From positions 64,001-128,000 of IMG/VR virus record IMGVR_UViG_3300032285_001268: a stretch of 64,000 nt of DNA, one strand, 5' to 3'. The stretch's first letter is position 1; every line of letters starts with the position of its first letter. Below are positions 9,672-19,742 of the stretch, in pieces. Source of the DNA: a virus. The notes beneath the pieces were generated by a model that was given only the letters and a program-made list of their open reading frames with translations, had not been told where the DNA came from and did no database searches. A program made the position numbers and the translations under genes.

Positions 9672-11125
9672 TGCAATATTTTTATGATGGACAGATAAGA
9701 CGATATTTGTTACAGACTATTCGTGTCTTGAGCAACTTTGTTGTCAAATACGGTGACGGCACTTTACATCGAATACCTGTATTGTACGGAGATGCCGACC
9801 GTCAAGTGGCCAGCATCATGCGTAAAAATTCAGAAAATGCTGTCAACTCTATTCCTCGTATGAGTGTGTATATTAAGAGTTTAGCATTAGATCAGTCAAG
9901 ATTAGCTGATTCAACTTATGTTGGAAAACTACATTTTAGAGAGCGCGATATTGACCCAGGCACAGGTAGCTATAATCAAAGTCAAGGCAGAAACTATACA
10001 GTAGAACGTTTGATGCCAACGCCGTTTAAATTGACCATAGCTGTTGATATTTTGACCAGTAGTACTGAGCAGAAATTACAGGTGATGGAACAGATACTAG
10101 TATTGTTTAATCCTAGTTTAGAATTACAAACAACTGACAATTATATTGACTGGACTAGTTTAAGTGTGCTAACACTAAATGATGTACATTGGTCAAGTCG
10201 TAGCGTGCCGGTTGGTAATGATACTCCGATTGACGTGGGAACTTTAACTCTTGATGCTCCGATCTGGATCAGTCCTCCAGTCAAGGTCAAACACTTGGGT
10301 GTAATTACAAAAATATTTACTAGCCTTTATAACAGTGCAACTGAAAGCGAAATTGGCTATGTTGACGGATTAGGCGTAGATGCTACAGATTCTACAATTA
10401 GTTTCAGTGATTTGCTTTCAGAAGATATTACAACGATTTCGACTTATAAAATCGCTGTGTATAATAAACAGGCAGTATTGCTTAAGAACACTGAAAATGT
10501 TGTTCCAGTAGAACCAACACTGGATATTCCAGAGCCACAAGGTACACCAAACAACTGGCAAGAATTTTTAAATCAATATCCTGGAAAATATAAAGCTGGG
10601 TCTAGTCAAATATTTTTAATGCAACCTAATGGTACTGAAGTTATTGGAAGTATTGCTGTTAATACCACTAACAATAGTTTATTAATGATTGACTGGGACG
10701 CTGATACCTTAACTACCAATACCGGTATAGATAGTAATGGTGTTTTTGATTATCAACCGGGCTATGATGCTCCCGGAAGCTATAGAAGTAATAGTCCAGG
10801 AACATTTGATGCTATAGTAAATCCACAAACCTATAATCCAGGGTCATTAAGTGCAGGGCATCGATTCTTAATTATTGATGATATTGGTAGCGAAATTAAC
10901 ACTAATCCTGCACCCGCATGGGGTAGCCTGGTTGCCAAAGCCAATGACATCATTGAATACACTGGCACACATTGGTCTGTTGTCTTTAGGGCTAGTCACA
11001 ACGAGCACAACATGGTCTGGCAAACTAATATATACACAGGAGTTCAGTATCTATGGAACGGTATTTCATGGATTAAGAGCTTTGAAGGTGAATATGGACC
11101 AGGTCAATGGAGACTAAAACTTTAA
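9671..11125 (+). CDS. gp15: Tail terminator / sheath stabiliser gp15-like with C-terminal DUF2793-like domain
   Basis: YFYDGQIRRY, IPV.YGD, PRMSVYI, P.PFKL, QILVLFNP motifs. Confidence 0.78.
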   Translation: MQYFYDGQIRRYLLQTIRVLSNFVVKYGDGTLHRIPVLYGDADRQVASIMRKNSENAVNSIPRMSVYIKSLALDQSRLADSTYVGKLHFRERDIDPGTGSYNQSQGRNYTVERLMPTPFKLTIAVDILTSSTEQKLQVMEQILVLFNPSLELQTTDNYIDWTSLSVLTLNDVHWSSRSVPVGNDTPIDVGTLTLDAPIWISPPVKVKHLGVITKIFTSLYNSATESEIGYVDGLGVDATDSTISFSDLLSEDITTISTYKIAVYNKQAVLLKNTENVVPVEPTLDIPEPQGTPNNWQEFLNQYPGKYKAGSSQIFLMQPNGTEVIGSIAVNTTNNSLLMIDWDADTLTTNTGIDSNGVFDYQPGYDAPGSYRSNSPGTFDAIVNPQTYNPGSLSAGHRFLIIDDIGSEINTNPAPAWGSLVAKANDIIEYTGTHWSVVFRASHNEHNMVWQTNIYTGVQYLWNGISWIKSFEGEYGPGQWRLKL

Positions 11126-11556
11126 ACGAACAGATAGTATGCAGTGGTGCTTTGATCTACAGCAAAGTAACTCATCGATGTCTACTGGTTCAAAAAGCTC
11201 AGGGAAAACATTCGGGAACTTGGGGTTTAGTCGGCGGAACTAACATCGAAGGCGAAACTGCTTGGCAGGGTCTACAGCGCGAAATCCAAGAAGAAATTGG
11301 TTTTATTCCTGAGATAGCTAAAACACTACCTCTTGAAAAATTTACCAGTAATGACAGCGTGTTTAATTTCCACACGTATTTCTGTATAGTAGAACAAGAA
11401 TTTATCCCCATACTAAGCGATGAACACACAGCATGGGGATGGTTTGATCTCAGCTGTTTTCCTAAGCCTGTACACAAAGGACTAGATCTTAGTCTTAGAA
11501 ATAAAATAATCCAAACTAAAATACAAACAATAATAGACATTATTGACAGCCTATAA
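11107..11556 (+). CDS. NUDIX hydrolase
   Basis: Intact Nudix box G-x5-E-x7-REIQEEIG. Confidence 0.88.
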   Translation: METKTLNEQIVCSGALIYSKVTHRCLLVQKAQGKHSGTWGLVGGTNIEGETAWQGLQREIQEEIGFIPEIAKTLPLEKFTSNDSVFNFHTYFCIVEQEFIPILSDEHTAWGWFDLSCFPKPVHKGLDLSLRNKIIQTKIQTIIDIIDSL

Positions 11557-11580
11557 AAAAGCCCCTTTCGGGGCTTTTTG
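11555..11580. terminator. Bidirectional rho-independent terminator
   Basis: AAAAAGCCCC-TTTC-GGGGCTTTTT between convergent genes. Confidence 0.85.
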
Positions 11581-11585
11581 TTTGA

Positions 11586-14500
11586 TTACGCTTGAGCTTC
11601 ACCCCAACGTAGAATCATGTTAGTGTTAATTGGCGCACCTTGTGTAATATACGCATTAACAAACAATACGTCTGGTCCGTTTGGATAAGCACCACGGCCA
11701 CCGATCGCTGTGTTTGTCAATTCTTTCAAGAATGTCAAATCTAACGAGTCTTTGTTAGCTGGTGAGTTAATGAACGAGAATACTGTTTCACCTGGTGTTG
11801 CATAAGTACCGCGGCTAAACGTTATTACGTTACCAGAACTTAGTGCCGCTAGCACTGGTGAACTAATGGTAATGTTTAGGCCGTTAATTGCAGTTACCTT
11901 AGTGTTACCAGACATTGCTGAGTTAGTTGTTACAGAAACAACGTCGTCACCCACTTGAATACCGGTTGTGTTGTTAACTGGAATTACTGAAACACCAATT
12001 GCAACTGTACCTGTACATGTTGTGCTATTAGTAGCAGAGTTTGTAAACACAATGCTAGTACCAGCCGCAACTTGTGAGAAACTTGGTTGACCAGTTGGAA
12101 TAGTTGGGCTGTTCAAACTGTTAAACACAATGTTACTTGCACTTGTTGGGTAATTACTTGGGTTAATAATCGCTTCAATAACAATGGCCGCGTTAGTACC
12201 AGCAGTACCTGTGGTTGATTCTAGACCTTGTAGCAAGAATGACGCACGATTAATAAGTTCACGCTGTCCTAGGTCACCTGTTAGAGCATTACTCACTGAC
12301 GGTGCTAGTCGAATAGCAAACAATGTTGTACGTTTTGTTGTAATGTTAACGTTAATAGACTGATAGCTGAAAATGTATGAACGGTCTGTATCAAAACCAC
12401 CGTCTTGTACAAAGGCCGCACCCCAGTGACTTACAATCGGACTGGCACTTGGCAGTACTAGGATCACACCAGCTGTTGGTGCGTGTACAGTAGGTGCACC
12501 AGCTGTAAATGTTCTGTAACCGCCAGTTGCCCAAGGTACAATAGTAGCTTGACGTGTACAACCAGTTAGTCCGCCTGCGGTAAACCAATACAAGCTGTTA
12601 GGTGCAGTGACCGTAACTTGGTTTAGTTGAGCGCCACCTTGTGTTGCGGCTAGTGTAATTGTTGTTCCGCCTGCTGGAATACTTTGAACATAATATGTAA
12701 CGTTACTTTGCAAATTACCTAGTGTGTTACCATAGTCGTTGACAAAAACAATTGGTTGTCCAACTGCTAGTCCTGCAGAACTATCTACCCTAACCACGTT
12801 ACCTGTTGAACTAGTACCTGTGGCTGTAATTTGATATTTGCCTGTGTAGCTGATCAATTCGTTATCGACATAGACTACCGGAGCAATCGAAGGAGTTGGA
12901 GCCGCTGGGAATAAACTAGCGTCCTTAATAGGAATTACTGTGTCAGTTAGACTTACGTTAACACTTCCCGTGATATAGCTCTTGGCATTTGAATCATTTA
13001 GAACTTCGTAGCGCACAGGCATGTTACCTGCTCGCATCCATGCTTCGTTGTTCAAGTTGTTGTTACGCAATCTGTGACAGAAAACATAATCGCCTTTTGG
13101 ACCACGGAACATCCAATCAATCGCACCAGCACCGTACCATGTCCATTGCATACCGACCATGTTCATCTTGGTTTGATCAATCTTGTATCCTGATGTATTA
13201 TAAGGACTGTTGCTACCGTCCATACGGTCAAAGTTCCATTTGCTTTGCGGAACTACGTAGTCAACTGTCTTGGTAATCTTAATACCTGATACGTTTTGTG
13301 CGCCACGCCATTGTGGGTTGACGTACATTAGTGTGTCTGAAACAACCTGTGTTACCATGTGGCTCATACCGCGGATAACAATCTTGTCGCCTGCGGCCAA
13401 TTGTGCTTGGAAGCGTGTGTTAACACCGATAATTTGTCCAGAGTCAACAACTACAGAAATTGTACCTGCTAGTTGGAATGTTGAACTGCGTCGTACAACT
13501 GAAATAACTTGTCCATCGTACTGGAAGAATACACCGTTTTGTTCGTCGTATGTTCCAGAGCGTACCACAGCACCGTACCAGTTTACTAGACTTAGCAAAC
13601 ATGGATCTTGGATTTGTGCGCCAACTGCTGGGTTAATTGCACCCAATACCTGTGTAGCTGTTACAGTTAGTGTACGTTCGTCAATGATACCAGTTACAAC
13701 ATAGTTGCCGTTAAAACCACTAGTCAATACACCGCTTAGGTTAATAGTAGATCCTACCTGTGCTCCGTGATCAGTATCGTCTGTGGTGATTGTAATTGTT
13801 GATCCAATCGCTGTACCATTGGCCACTACTGAACGAACAAAGTAGTTTGGCGCCATTAGTAAACCAGTATTGAAGTTAATAGCCTTACCAGACTGGTAAC
13901 GAATATATTTCTTACTCATACGTATCGCTTGCGCACCGTGACTTGGTAAACTTGTACCTAGTTGTACACCACCGTCTAGTGGACGATGTGAGTAGAATGA
14001 GTCAGGACGAGCATATAGCTGTCCTTGTACAGTAGTTGCCGCTGTGATAAAACCTGGGCTACGTGCTGTAAATGTAAATGATGTCAAGCTAGTTGTCTGC
14101 TCAACAAAGAATGGTCCTGATAGTAACAAGTGATTGTTATTACCGTTATCAGAGAATATGTAGTTTAGGATTGTACATCCTGGAACAAATCCATGTGGTG
14201 TAACAGTATTAACTGTACAGGTCACATAGGCACTTGTTGACACAAAAGTGTTTGTACTAGATACAGAACCAGTTGAAGTGCTTACTGTGTAAGTACCTGC
14301 GCCACCTGGAGTTCCGTTAACCTGTGCTGTGATAAATGTTAAACTTGGCACAGTATTACCTGTGTTAAGTGCAATACCTTGACCAACTGCTAGTGTACCG
14401 CTGGCCACTGCTGAAACTGTCAGTGTGCTGCCTGTTAGTGCCGCAGTAAACGAACATGAAGTAGTTGGTGTTGAGTAGGTAAATGTTGGCAAACTGACCA

Positions 14501-16082
14501 CTGTACCAAACAAGTAACCGCTACCAGCGTTGACTGATGTTAGTGTTAGTGGAACACCAACTGTTGCGGTCATCGAACCGTAGGCAGTTGATTGAGTTTG
14601 TACTGTACCAGAGCCACCTGCTGTGATCGGTAGTGAGGTTGATAGTTGTGCGTTAACACCGTCAATGATTGCGTAAACATAGTATGTACCCGCTGACACG
14701 TTACCAATAGTTGTACCAGTAACTACAATCTGCTCACCAACAGTCATGTTAGTTGTACCACCAACTTGCTGACCTAAGTATGTGTATCTTGCAAACTGTA
14801 CTAGGTTGTTAGTTGCGTTGGTTGCAACGATTGTCGTAGTGTAGATGATGTTTTGGCTGACGGTAATCTGGTTACCTGCAGGAATACTTGCAATATAGTA
14901 AGTAGTACCGGCTGTGATATTGCCAAAACTTCCGCCAGCTGTAACATACATGTTACCACCGGTGTAGGTTGATGTTGGAACAAAGTTAGTAGTTAAGGCG
15001 ATGTCAGTGCAGAGTGTTACTGTTCTAGTATCAATAATAGTCTTGATATAGTATGTTGAACCAGTAGTTAATCCACCAAATGCACTACCTGAGAAAATTA
15101 AAGACTGTCCAACGACCATACCAACTGTAGTACCTAGTGTAACAGTATTACCTGTAGTGTTTGTCGACACTGCGTTGGTTTGAATCTGTTGGAATGTGAT
15201 AGCATTACCAGTTTGGAAAGAGCCTGTAACTGCCGCACTTAGCGTGATAATGTTTGTACCGCTTGCTGAGGATATAGCTGTCACGTTACTAACAGCATTG
15301 ATGTCAGCGCCGGTATAAAATCCGCCTTGACGTAGTTGAATGAATGCAGTGTAAATGTTGTCGCCATTGACAAAACCTACACGACCTTTGGCAATAAATG
15401 TAAATTGTGTTGTGCTGAGTATTTGATAAACAATAAAAGAACCTTCAGCACGGTCAAAACCCGTAATTGCCGAGTTAAAACCTTTAATTGTAATCGGAGT
15501 ACCAACTTGATAACCGTGTGCTAGTTGTGTAGTGATTGTGATAATAGATGCCGCTGTTGCTGAGCCACCTGAGTTAAATGACGCATCCGAAGTTGCGGCA
15601 GTTACTACTAGGTCAGTACCCGGAATTTCAAAAATTGATGGGTTCTGGCGCATTTGACTAACTGTCAACCACTTAGTTGGTTGCATTCCATATTCAAAGT
15701 CAGCGTCAAGCATGGATTGCGGATTGGCAACACGTTGACGTTCGAACGCATCTGTGCCCATTGGCCAAGGGCGAGTGCGAATTAATTCATCTTCGAAGAA
15801 AATTTGTATAGTATCACTAGCAGATTGGCCTGTTAAGGTTCCAACAAGCGTGATGATCGTAACACCGTCAGCATTGTCCAAGGTTGTTGGAAATGCCACA
15901 TCATTAAAACGAACAAAGTTAACAGTAGTTCCTGAAAAACTAGTATCTGCAAAGTTGTATAAAATTACATTTTTTGTTGTGTTAGTGATGACTAATAATT
16001 GTTGCAGGTCGATTTTACCTGGCACTTCAATAGTATTTGTGCCTGGCGTAAAAACGTACTGTCTCATCTGACTTTTGGCCAT
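11586..16082 (-). CDS. Large virion structural / fibre protein (1498 aa) with a lectin-like core and nested Thr/Gly-rich beta modules
   Basis: DADFEYG, IRYQSGK, WYGAG motifs; repeated FGG/N..GxTYY modules. Confidence 0.7.
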   Translation of the reverse strand: MAKSQMRQYVFTPGTNTIEVPGKIDLQQLLVITNTTKNVILYNFADTSFSGTTVNFVRFNDVAFPTTLDNADGVTIITLVGTLTGQSASDTIQIFFEDELIRTRPWPMGTDAFERQRVANPQSMLDADFEYGMQPTKWLTVSQMRQNPSIFEIPGTDLVVTAATSDASFNSGGSATAASIITITTQLAHGYQVGTPITIKGFNSAITGFDRAEGSFIVYQILSTTQFTFIAKGRVGFVNGDNIYTAFIQLRQGGFYTGADINAVSNVTAISSASGTNIITLSAAVTGSFQTGNAITFQQIQTNAVSTNTTGNTVTLGTTVGMVVGQSLIFSGSAFGGLTTGSTYYIKTIIDTRTVTLCTDIALTTNFVPTSTYTGGNMYVTAGGSFGNITAGTTYYIASIPAGNQITVSQNIIYTTTIVATNATNNLVQFARYTYLGQQVGGTTNMTVGEQIVVTGTTIGNVSAGTYYVYAIIDGVNAQLSTSLPITAGGSGTVQTQSTAYGSMTATVGVPLTLTSVNAGSGYLFGTVVSLPTFTYSTPTTSCSFTAALTGSTLTVSAVASGTLAVGQGIALNTGNTVPSLTFITAQVNGTPGGAGTYTVSTSTGSVSSTNTFVSTSAYVTCTVNTVTPHGFVPGCTILNYIFSDNGNNNHLLLSGPFFVEQTTSLTSFTFTARSPGFITAATTVQGQLYARPDSFYSHRPLDGGVQLGTSLPSHGAQAIRMSKKYIRYQSGKAINFNTGLLMAPNYFVRSVVANGTAIGSTITITTDDTDHGAQVGSTINLSGVLTSGFNGNYVVTGIIDERTLTVTATQVLGAINPAVGAQIQDPCLLSLVNWYGAVVRSGTYDEQNGVFFQYDGQVISVVRRSSTFQLAGTISVVVDSGQIIGVNTRFQAQLAAGDKIVIRGMSHMVTQVVSDTLMYVNPQWRGAQNVSGIKITKTVDYVVPQSKWNFDRMDGSNSPYNTSGYKIDQTKMNMVGMQWTWYGAGAIDWMFRGPKGDYVFCHRLRNNNLNNEAWMRAGNMPVRYEVLNDSNAKSYITGSVNVSLTDTVIPIKDASLFPAAPTPSIAPVVYVDNELISYTGKYQITATGTSSTGNVVRVDSSAGLAVGQPIVFVNDYGNTLGNLQSNVTYYVQSIPAGGTTITLAATQGGAQLNQVTVTAPNSLYWFTAGGLTGCTRQATIVPWATGGYRTFTAGAPTVHAPTAGVILVLPSASPIVSHWGAAFVQDGGFDTDRSYIFSYQSINVNITTKRTTLFAIRLAPSVSNALTGDLGQRELINRASFLLQGLESTTGTAGTNAAIVIEAIINPSNYPTSASNIVFNSLNSPTIPTGQPSFSQVAAGTSIVFTNSATNSTTCTGTVAIGVSVIPVNNTTGIQVGDDVVSVTTNSAMSGNTKVTAINGLNITISSPVLAALSSGNVITFSRGTYATPGETVFSFINSPANKDSLDLTFLKELTNTAIGGRGAYPNGPDVLFVNAYITQGAPINTNMILRWGEAQA

Positions 16083-16112
16083 TTATATTTCTCCGAATTG
16101 GTTCATTATCTT

Positions 16113-16118
16113 TATTTA
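16113..16118 (-). promoter_or_regulatory. Late promoter TAAATA
   Basis: Upstream of a GGAG SD and ATG 16082; AAAAAC tract upstream. Confidence 0.6.
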
Positions 16119-16145
16119 GTTGTTTTTAAGCCTAAGACAGCAATT

Positions 16146-16865
16146 TTACTGTCCCATGCCAAAATACACCAGGGCAAGACCCGTATTTTCAGCGTATCGT
16201 TTAGTGGCGATCTGACTTCGATTACTGTTCCATCTGGCATCAATCGCTGTAATTGTTGCATTTGTAAATTGCGCACTAGCGGGTGTGGTTAAGCCTACAC
16301 TCATGTTATCCATACTGCCAAGGCTGGAAGAACTGATAGTTACAGTTCCAGCAGTTGGGGCAATGTTGATAGACCCGCCATCGGGCATGTTAATAACACC
16401 ATAAAGTGTTGTAGTAACTCCAGTTTTTCCTAGAGTCAAGCCGCCGCTTGGGCTGATAGTGATCGCACCTGGTACATTGAAATTTACACTGGTAGTGGCT
16501 GCTAAGTCTGTAAATGTACCTGCTTTAGGAGTTGTAGCGCCAATGGCAATGTTGTCTAAACTACCGGTACTAGACGGATTAAATGTGATACTTCCGTTAA
16601 CTGCTGACAGACTTCCAGTGATCGAAACTGCACCATTAACTGTTAGTCCAGTTAATGTTCCTGGAATACTGGTAATTGTTGATGCAAGACTAGTGTTGGT
16701 AACTAGGGGACTTCCGTTATAGCTGATATAACTACCTGCTGTTAATTCTAATCTACTACCAGTCAAAGTCAAAGTATTAGCAATGACGTTGCCATTGACG
16801 TCTGCTACAAAATACGGACTAATATATCCGTAGTCACTTCTAAATAGTTTTGCTGTAGTTGACAT
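16146..16865 (-). CDS. Short fibre protein (239 aa) with GS(L/M)DN..IG.TTP repeats
   Basis: Two copies of a repeat shared with the two neighbouring genes. Confidence 0.7.
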   Translation of the reverse strand: MSTTAKLFRSDYGYISPYFVADVNGNVIANTLTLTGSRLELTAGSYISYNGSPLVTNTSLASTITSIPGTLTGLTVNGAVSITGSLSAVNGSITFNPSSTGSLDNIAIGATTPKAGTFTDLAATTSVNFNVPGAITISPSGGLTLGKTGVTTTLYGVINMPDGGSINIAPTAGTVTISSSSLGSMDNMSVGLTTPASAQFTNATITAIDARWNSNRSQIATKRYAENTGLALVYFGMGQ

Positions 16866-16868
16866 AAT

Positions 16869-17543
16869 TTAAGCTAATGCTACTCCATATACTGCGGCCA
16901 ACGCACTGGCGTAACCGTTGGTCACTGCTGAATTTGCTCCAGCTGGTTGTGTAGTCATTGTGACTGTGGTAAACACTGCCGAACTTGGAGTTGTTAATCC
17001 AATGCTCATGTTGTTGATAGAACCTGTAGTAGTTGGGCCAATAGTAACTTGTCCAGTACCGGTTGGGCTTAGGTTTACACTGGCATTTGCACCAGTTACG
17101 CTAACAGCACCTATAGCTGACAAGCTGGTGAACTGTCCAGTGTTTGGTGTTGTAGCACCAATACTCATGTTATTAATAGTGCCTAGCTGGGTAGGTCCTA
17201 TAGTAAGCACACCGTTGCCAGTTGGCGCAATGGTAATATTACTGTTTGCGCTAGAAAATGTAACGTCGCCAGTAATGGTCAATGTTGAAAAAGTACCAGC
17301 TCTTGGAGTAGTTGCACCAATTACCACATTGTCTAAAGATCCTGTAGTTGCAGGATTAACTGTGAATGTGTTATTAACGGATAGGTTAGGAATAGTTCCG
17401 CTAGTGGCAAACGACAATGTATTTGTAGTTGCATTTGTAGTTATTGCCAGTCCGTTTGAACTGGTTAGGTTCAACGTATTGTTTGACGAGTTTAAGGCAA
17501 TTGTATTTTGGCCTGAAACCGCAAGGTAGGTATAAGAGTTCAT
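16869..17543 (-). CDS. Short fibre protein (224 aa) with GSINNMSIG.TTP repeats
   Basis: Three copies of the repeat; paralogous to its neighbours. Confidence 0.7.
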   Translation of the reverse strand: MNSYTYLAVSGQNTIALNSSNNTLNLTSSNGLAITTNATTNTLSFATSGTIPNLSVNNTFTVNPATTGSLDNVVIGATTPRAGTFSTLTITGDVTFSSANSNITIAPTGNGVLTIGPTQLGTINNMSIGATTPNTGQFTSLSAIGAVSVTGANASVNLSPTGTGQVTIGPTTTGSINNMSIGLTTPSSAVFTTVTMTTQPAGANSAVTNGYASALAAVYGVALA

Positions 17544-18976
17544 ATTGCCACTGCTCCGAGTAATAATCTTGATAGTAATTTGCTTCTAGTAATCAATGCT
17601 GTTCCGTTTGTAGATGGATTGTTGATTGTGATCGACGTAAATCGACCAGATGCCGCATAACCTGTACTGGTATAGAAACCAGCAAATGTAACAGGGTCTG
17701 CCAGCAATGCTGGTATTAGTGTGCCAGTGATGTAGGGCGCATACGTTTGTGTATTGTTTTGAAGATATGCCGTCATGGCCAATGCATCTGCACTAGTTAC
17801 TGATCCGTCGTTAGTGATATCAAATAATAAACGACCATTAACTGTTGGAGACGGAAGGCCGCCCACAGCCGCTCGCAATATATTTGCCGGAAGATTTGCA
17901 TAATCTAATCCAGTACCTACACTCATATTGTTTATACTACCTAATACGCCGCTAGTAATTTGTACAGATCCTGTAGGAGTTAACGAAATATTTTGATTAT
18001 TAGAATTTAACGATAAAATCGTTTGTGCTGTTAAACTTGTAAACTTGCCAGTAGTCGGTGTTGTAGCACCAATACTCATATTGTTGATAGATCCAGGTAA
18101 TCCAGATGCAATAGTTACTAGACCGGTTGCAGGAACTAGAGCAATATCTAATCCAGTTCCCGAAATGTTTAAATTTCCACCAGCTGTTAAATTTGTAAAT
18201 CTAGCGTCGACTGCTACAGATCCGCCAATAATTACGTTATTCAAAGATCCAGCAGTTACCGGAGTCGCTGTAAAAGTGTTATTGACATTTAGATCTTTAA
18301 CATAATTTAAATTAAAATTAATTGAATTGTTATTTGATGTTGTTACACCAATTGACGGATCAGCGGCAAATGTCAGTGTGTCAAAGATAAACTTTGATGT
18401 TAGTGTTGGCTGACTTAGGGTGTTTATAGTACTAATGTGTGCAACAACAATACTGCCGGCATCATTTAATTGTATAGCACCGTTGGGTAAATTTGTGCCA
18501 GACCAGTTTAAATTAGTTCCAGACTGTCCGCCTAAACTGGTCGTTTCACCAACTAGTGCTGTTGGTTGTAGGGGTTTTAATCTTTCAGAATAGGTAGCTT
18601 TAAATGTTACTTTAATACCGCTAAGGGCTGTTATGCCATCTGCATCCAAGAACGGGTTGGCAATTATCTGTACTTTTGAATTGTCAATTGTTGCTGACAG
18701 GTTAATTAGGTCTTTACCTGTATTTGAGCGACCGTAAACTACAACACTAGCTTGGCTGTAGTGAGCTATAACTTTTACTTCAAGATGCTCGACATTGTCT
18801 TTGTCGTATTCTGCAATAATTTCATAATTGGCGCTAGAAAAATCTCCAATAAAGAAGGTATCAATTACAGTATTTGTAAAAACCGGTATTGCTTCGCCCT
18901 TAAAAGAAAAGTTTGCACGATTCTTAAATTTAAGAGTGTTGCCCAGTCCTTTTGTAAAATAGTCAAGAAAGTTCAT
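17540..18976 (-). CDS. Fibre protein (478 aa) with the same repeats and a dockerin/EF-hand-like insertion
   Basis: GSINNMSIG repeats; FDITNDGSVTSADAL motif. Confidence 0.7.
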   Translation of the reverse strand: MNFLDYFTKGLGNTLKFKNRANFSFKGEAIPVFTNTVIDTFFIGDFSSANYEIIAEYDKDNVEHLEVKVIAHYSQASVVVYGRSNTGKDLINLSATIDNSKVQIIANPFLDADGITALSGIKVTFKATYSERLKPLQPTALVGETTSLGGQSGTNLNWSGTNLPNGAIQLNDAGSIVVAHISTINTLSQPTLTSKFIFDTLTFAADPSIGVTTSNNNSINFNLNYVKDLNVNNTFTATPVTAGSLNNVIIGGSVAVDARFTNLTAGGNLNISGTGLDIALVPATGLVTIASGLPGSINNMSIGATTPTTGKFTSLTAQTILSLNSNNQNISLTPTGSVQITSGVLGSINNMSVGTGLDYANLPANILRAAVGGLPSPTVNGRLLFDITNDGSVTSADALAMTAYLQNNTQTYAPYITGTLIPALLADPVTFAGFYTSTGYAASGRFTSITINNPSTNGTALITRSKLLSRLLLGAVAI

Positions 18977-18996
18977 AAGATTCCACCAATCATATA

Positions 18997-19003
18997 TATT
19001 TAT
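18997..19003 (-). promoter_or_regulatory. Late promoter ATAAATA
   Basis: Upstream of a GGTGGA SD and ATG 18976. Confidence 0.65.
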
Positions 19004-19018
19004 TCATAACCAGTTTGG

Positions 19019-19047
19019 TTGCAGTCCTAGTTAAAATCTGCTAAATT
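19019..19047 (+). promoter_or_regulatory. Possible sigma70-type promoter for the GmhB-like gene
   Basis: TTGCAG-N17-TAAATT; AAGGA SD downstream. Confidence 0.4.
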
Positions 19048-19075
19048 AATGTAATTAGTATTCAAGGAAAAATAC

Positions 19076-19714
19076 ATGAGTTTACGCAAACTTTTGGGCG
19101 ATGAGGAATTTAATCCGGGCGATTTGTCAAGATTTTCCGTAGGAGGCAAGACAAATTTCAACCCCAAGCCAGTCATTGGCATTGCCCGCGATGGTATTAT
19201 TAATCAATTCAAGCCTAATCACGTAAAAACCCCGGATGATTTTGATCCTATTCCCGATGCCCTAAAAGCCATTGCTTTGATCCGTAGCAAGGGTTACAGG
19301 ATTGTTATTTTTGCCAGCCAGTGGGGCATCAGTGAAGGCCGATTAACTCAAGTAGACGTTGATCTCGTACATCAAAAAATGCTCCAACTATTCGGTGAAG
19401 CGGGTTGTTCTAGCATCGAAGGCATCTATTACAGTACTAGCAAGATGAAAGAAGACATTTATGCGTTCCCTAATACCGGAATGTTTGAACGTGCTGAGAA
19501 AGAAGCCCGAGTTAAATTTAAAGAAGGCTGGTTCGTGGGCCATACTATTGCCGAAATCAAGGCCGCACAAAATATCAAAGCAAAGCCGATCTTAATTACA
19601 ACTGGGGAAGGCTTGGAAACTGAGAAAAAACTAAACAGTTATGCCAATCGAGACCTCAAACAAAAGACTAAAGTCTTTAGTACTTTACTAGAATTTGCAG
19701 AAAGTTTAGAATAA
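19076..19714 (+). CDS. gmhB: GmhB/HisB-like HAD-fold protein with degenerate active site
   Basis: (A)RDGIIN, F.PIP.AL.A+..+R.KGY, PNTGMF, AA......PILI.TG.G fold motifs; catalytic Asp and Lys substituted. Confidence 0.75.
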   Translation: MSLRKLLGDEEFNPGDLSRFSVGGKTNFNPKPVIGIARDGIINQFKPNHVKTPDDFDPIPDALKAIALIRSKGYRIVIFASQWGISEGRLTQVDVDLVHQKMLQLFGEAGCSSIEGIYYSTSKMKEDIYAFPNTGMFERAEKEARVKFKEGWFVGHTIAEIKAAQNIKAKPILITTGEGLETEKKLNSYANRDLKQKTKVFSTLLEFAESLE

Positions 19715-19742
19715 TAAAAAAGCACCCGAAGGTGCTTTTTTT
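19715..19742. terminator. Bidirectional rho-independent terminator
   Basis: AAAAAAGCACC-CGAA-GGTGCTTTTTT between convergent genes. Confidence 0.85.

Noticed and set aside
19076-19714. Calling the GmhB-like gene a pseudogene
   Set aside because: The frame is intact and full length with SD and terminator; changes are concentrated at catalytic positions, which fits a pseudo-enzyme better than decay.
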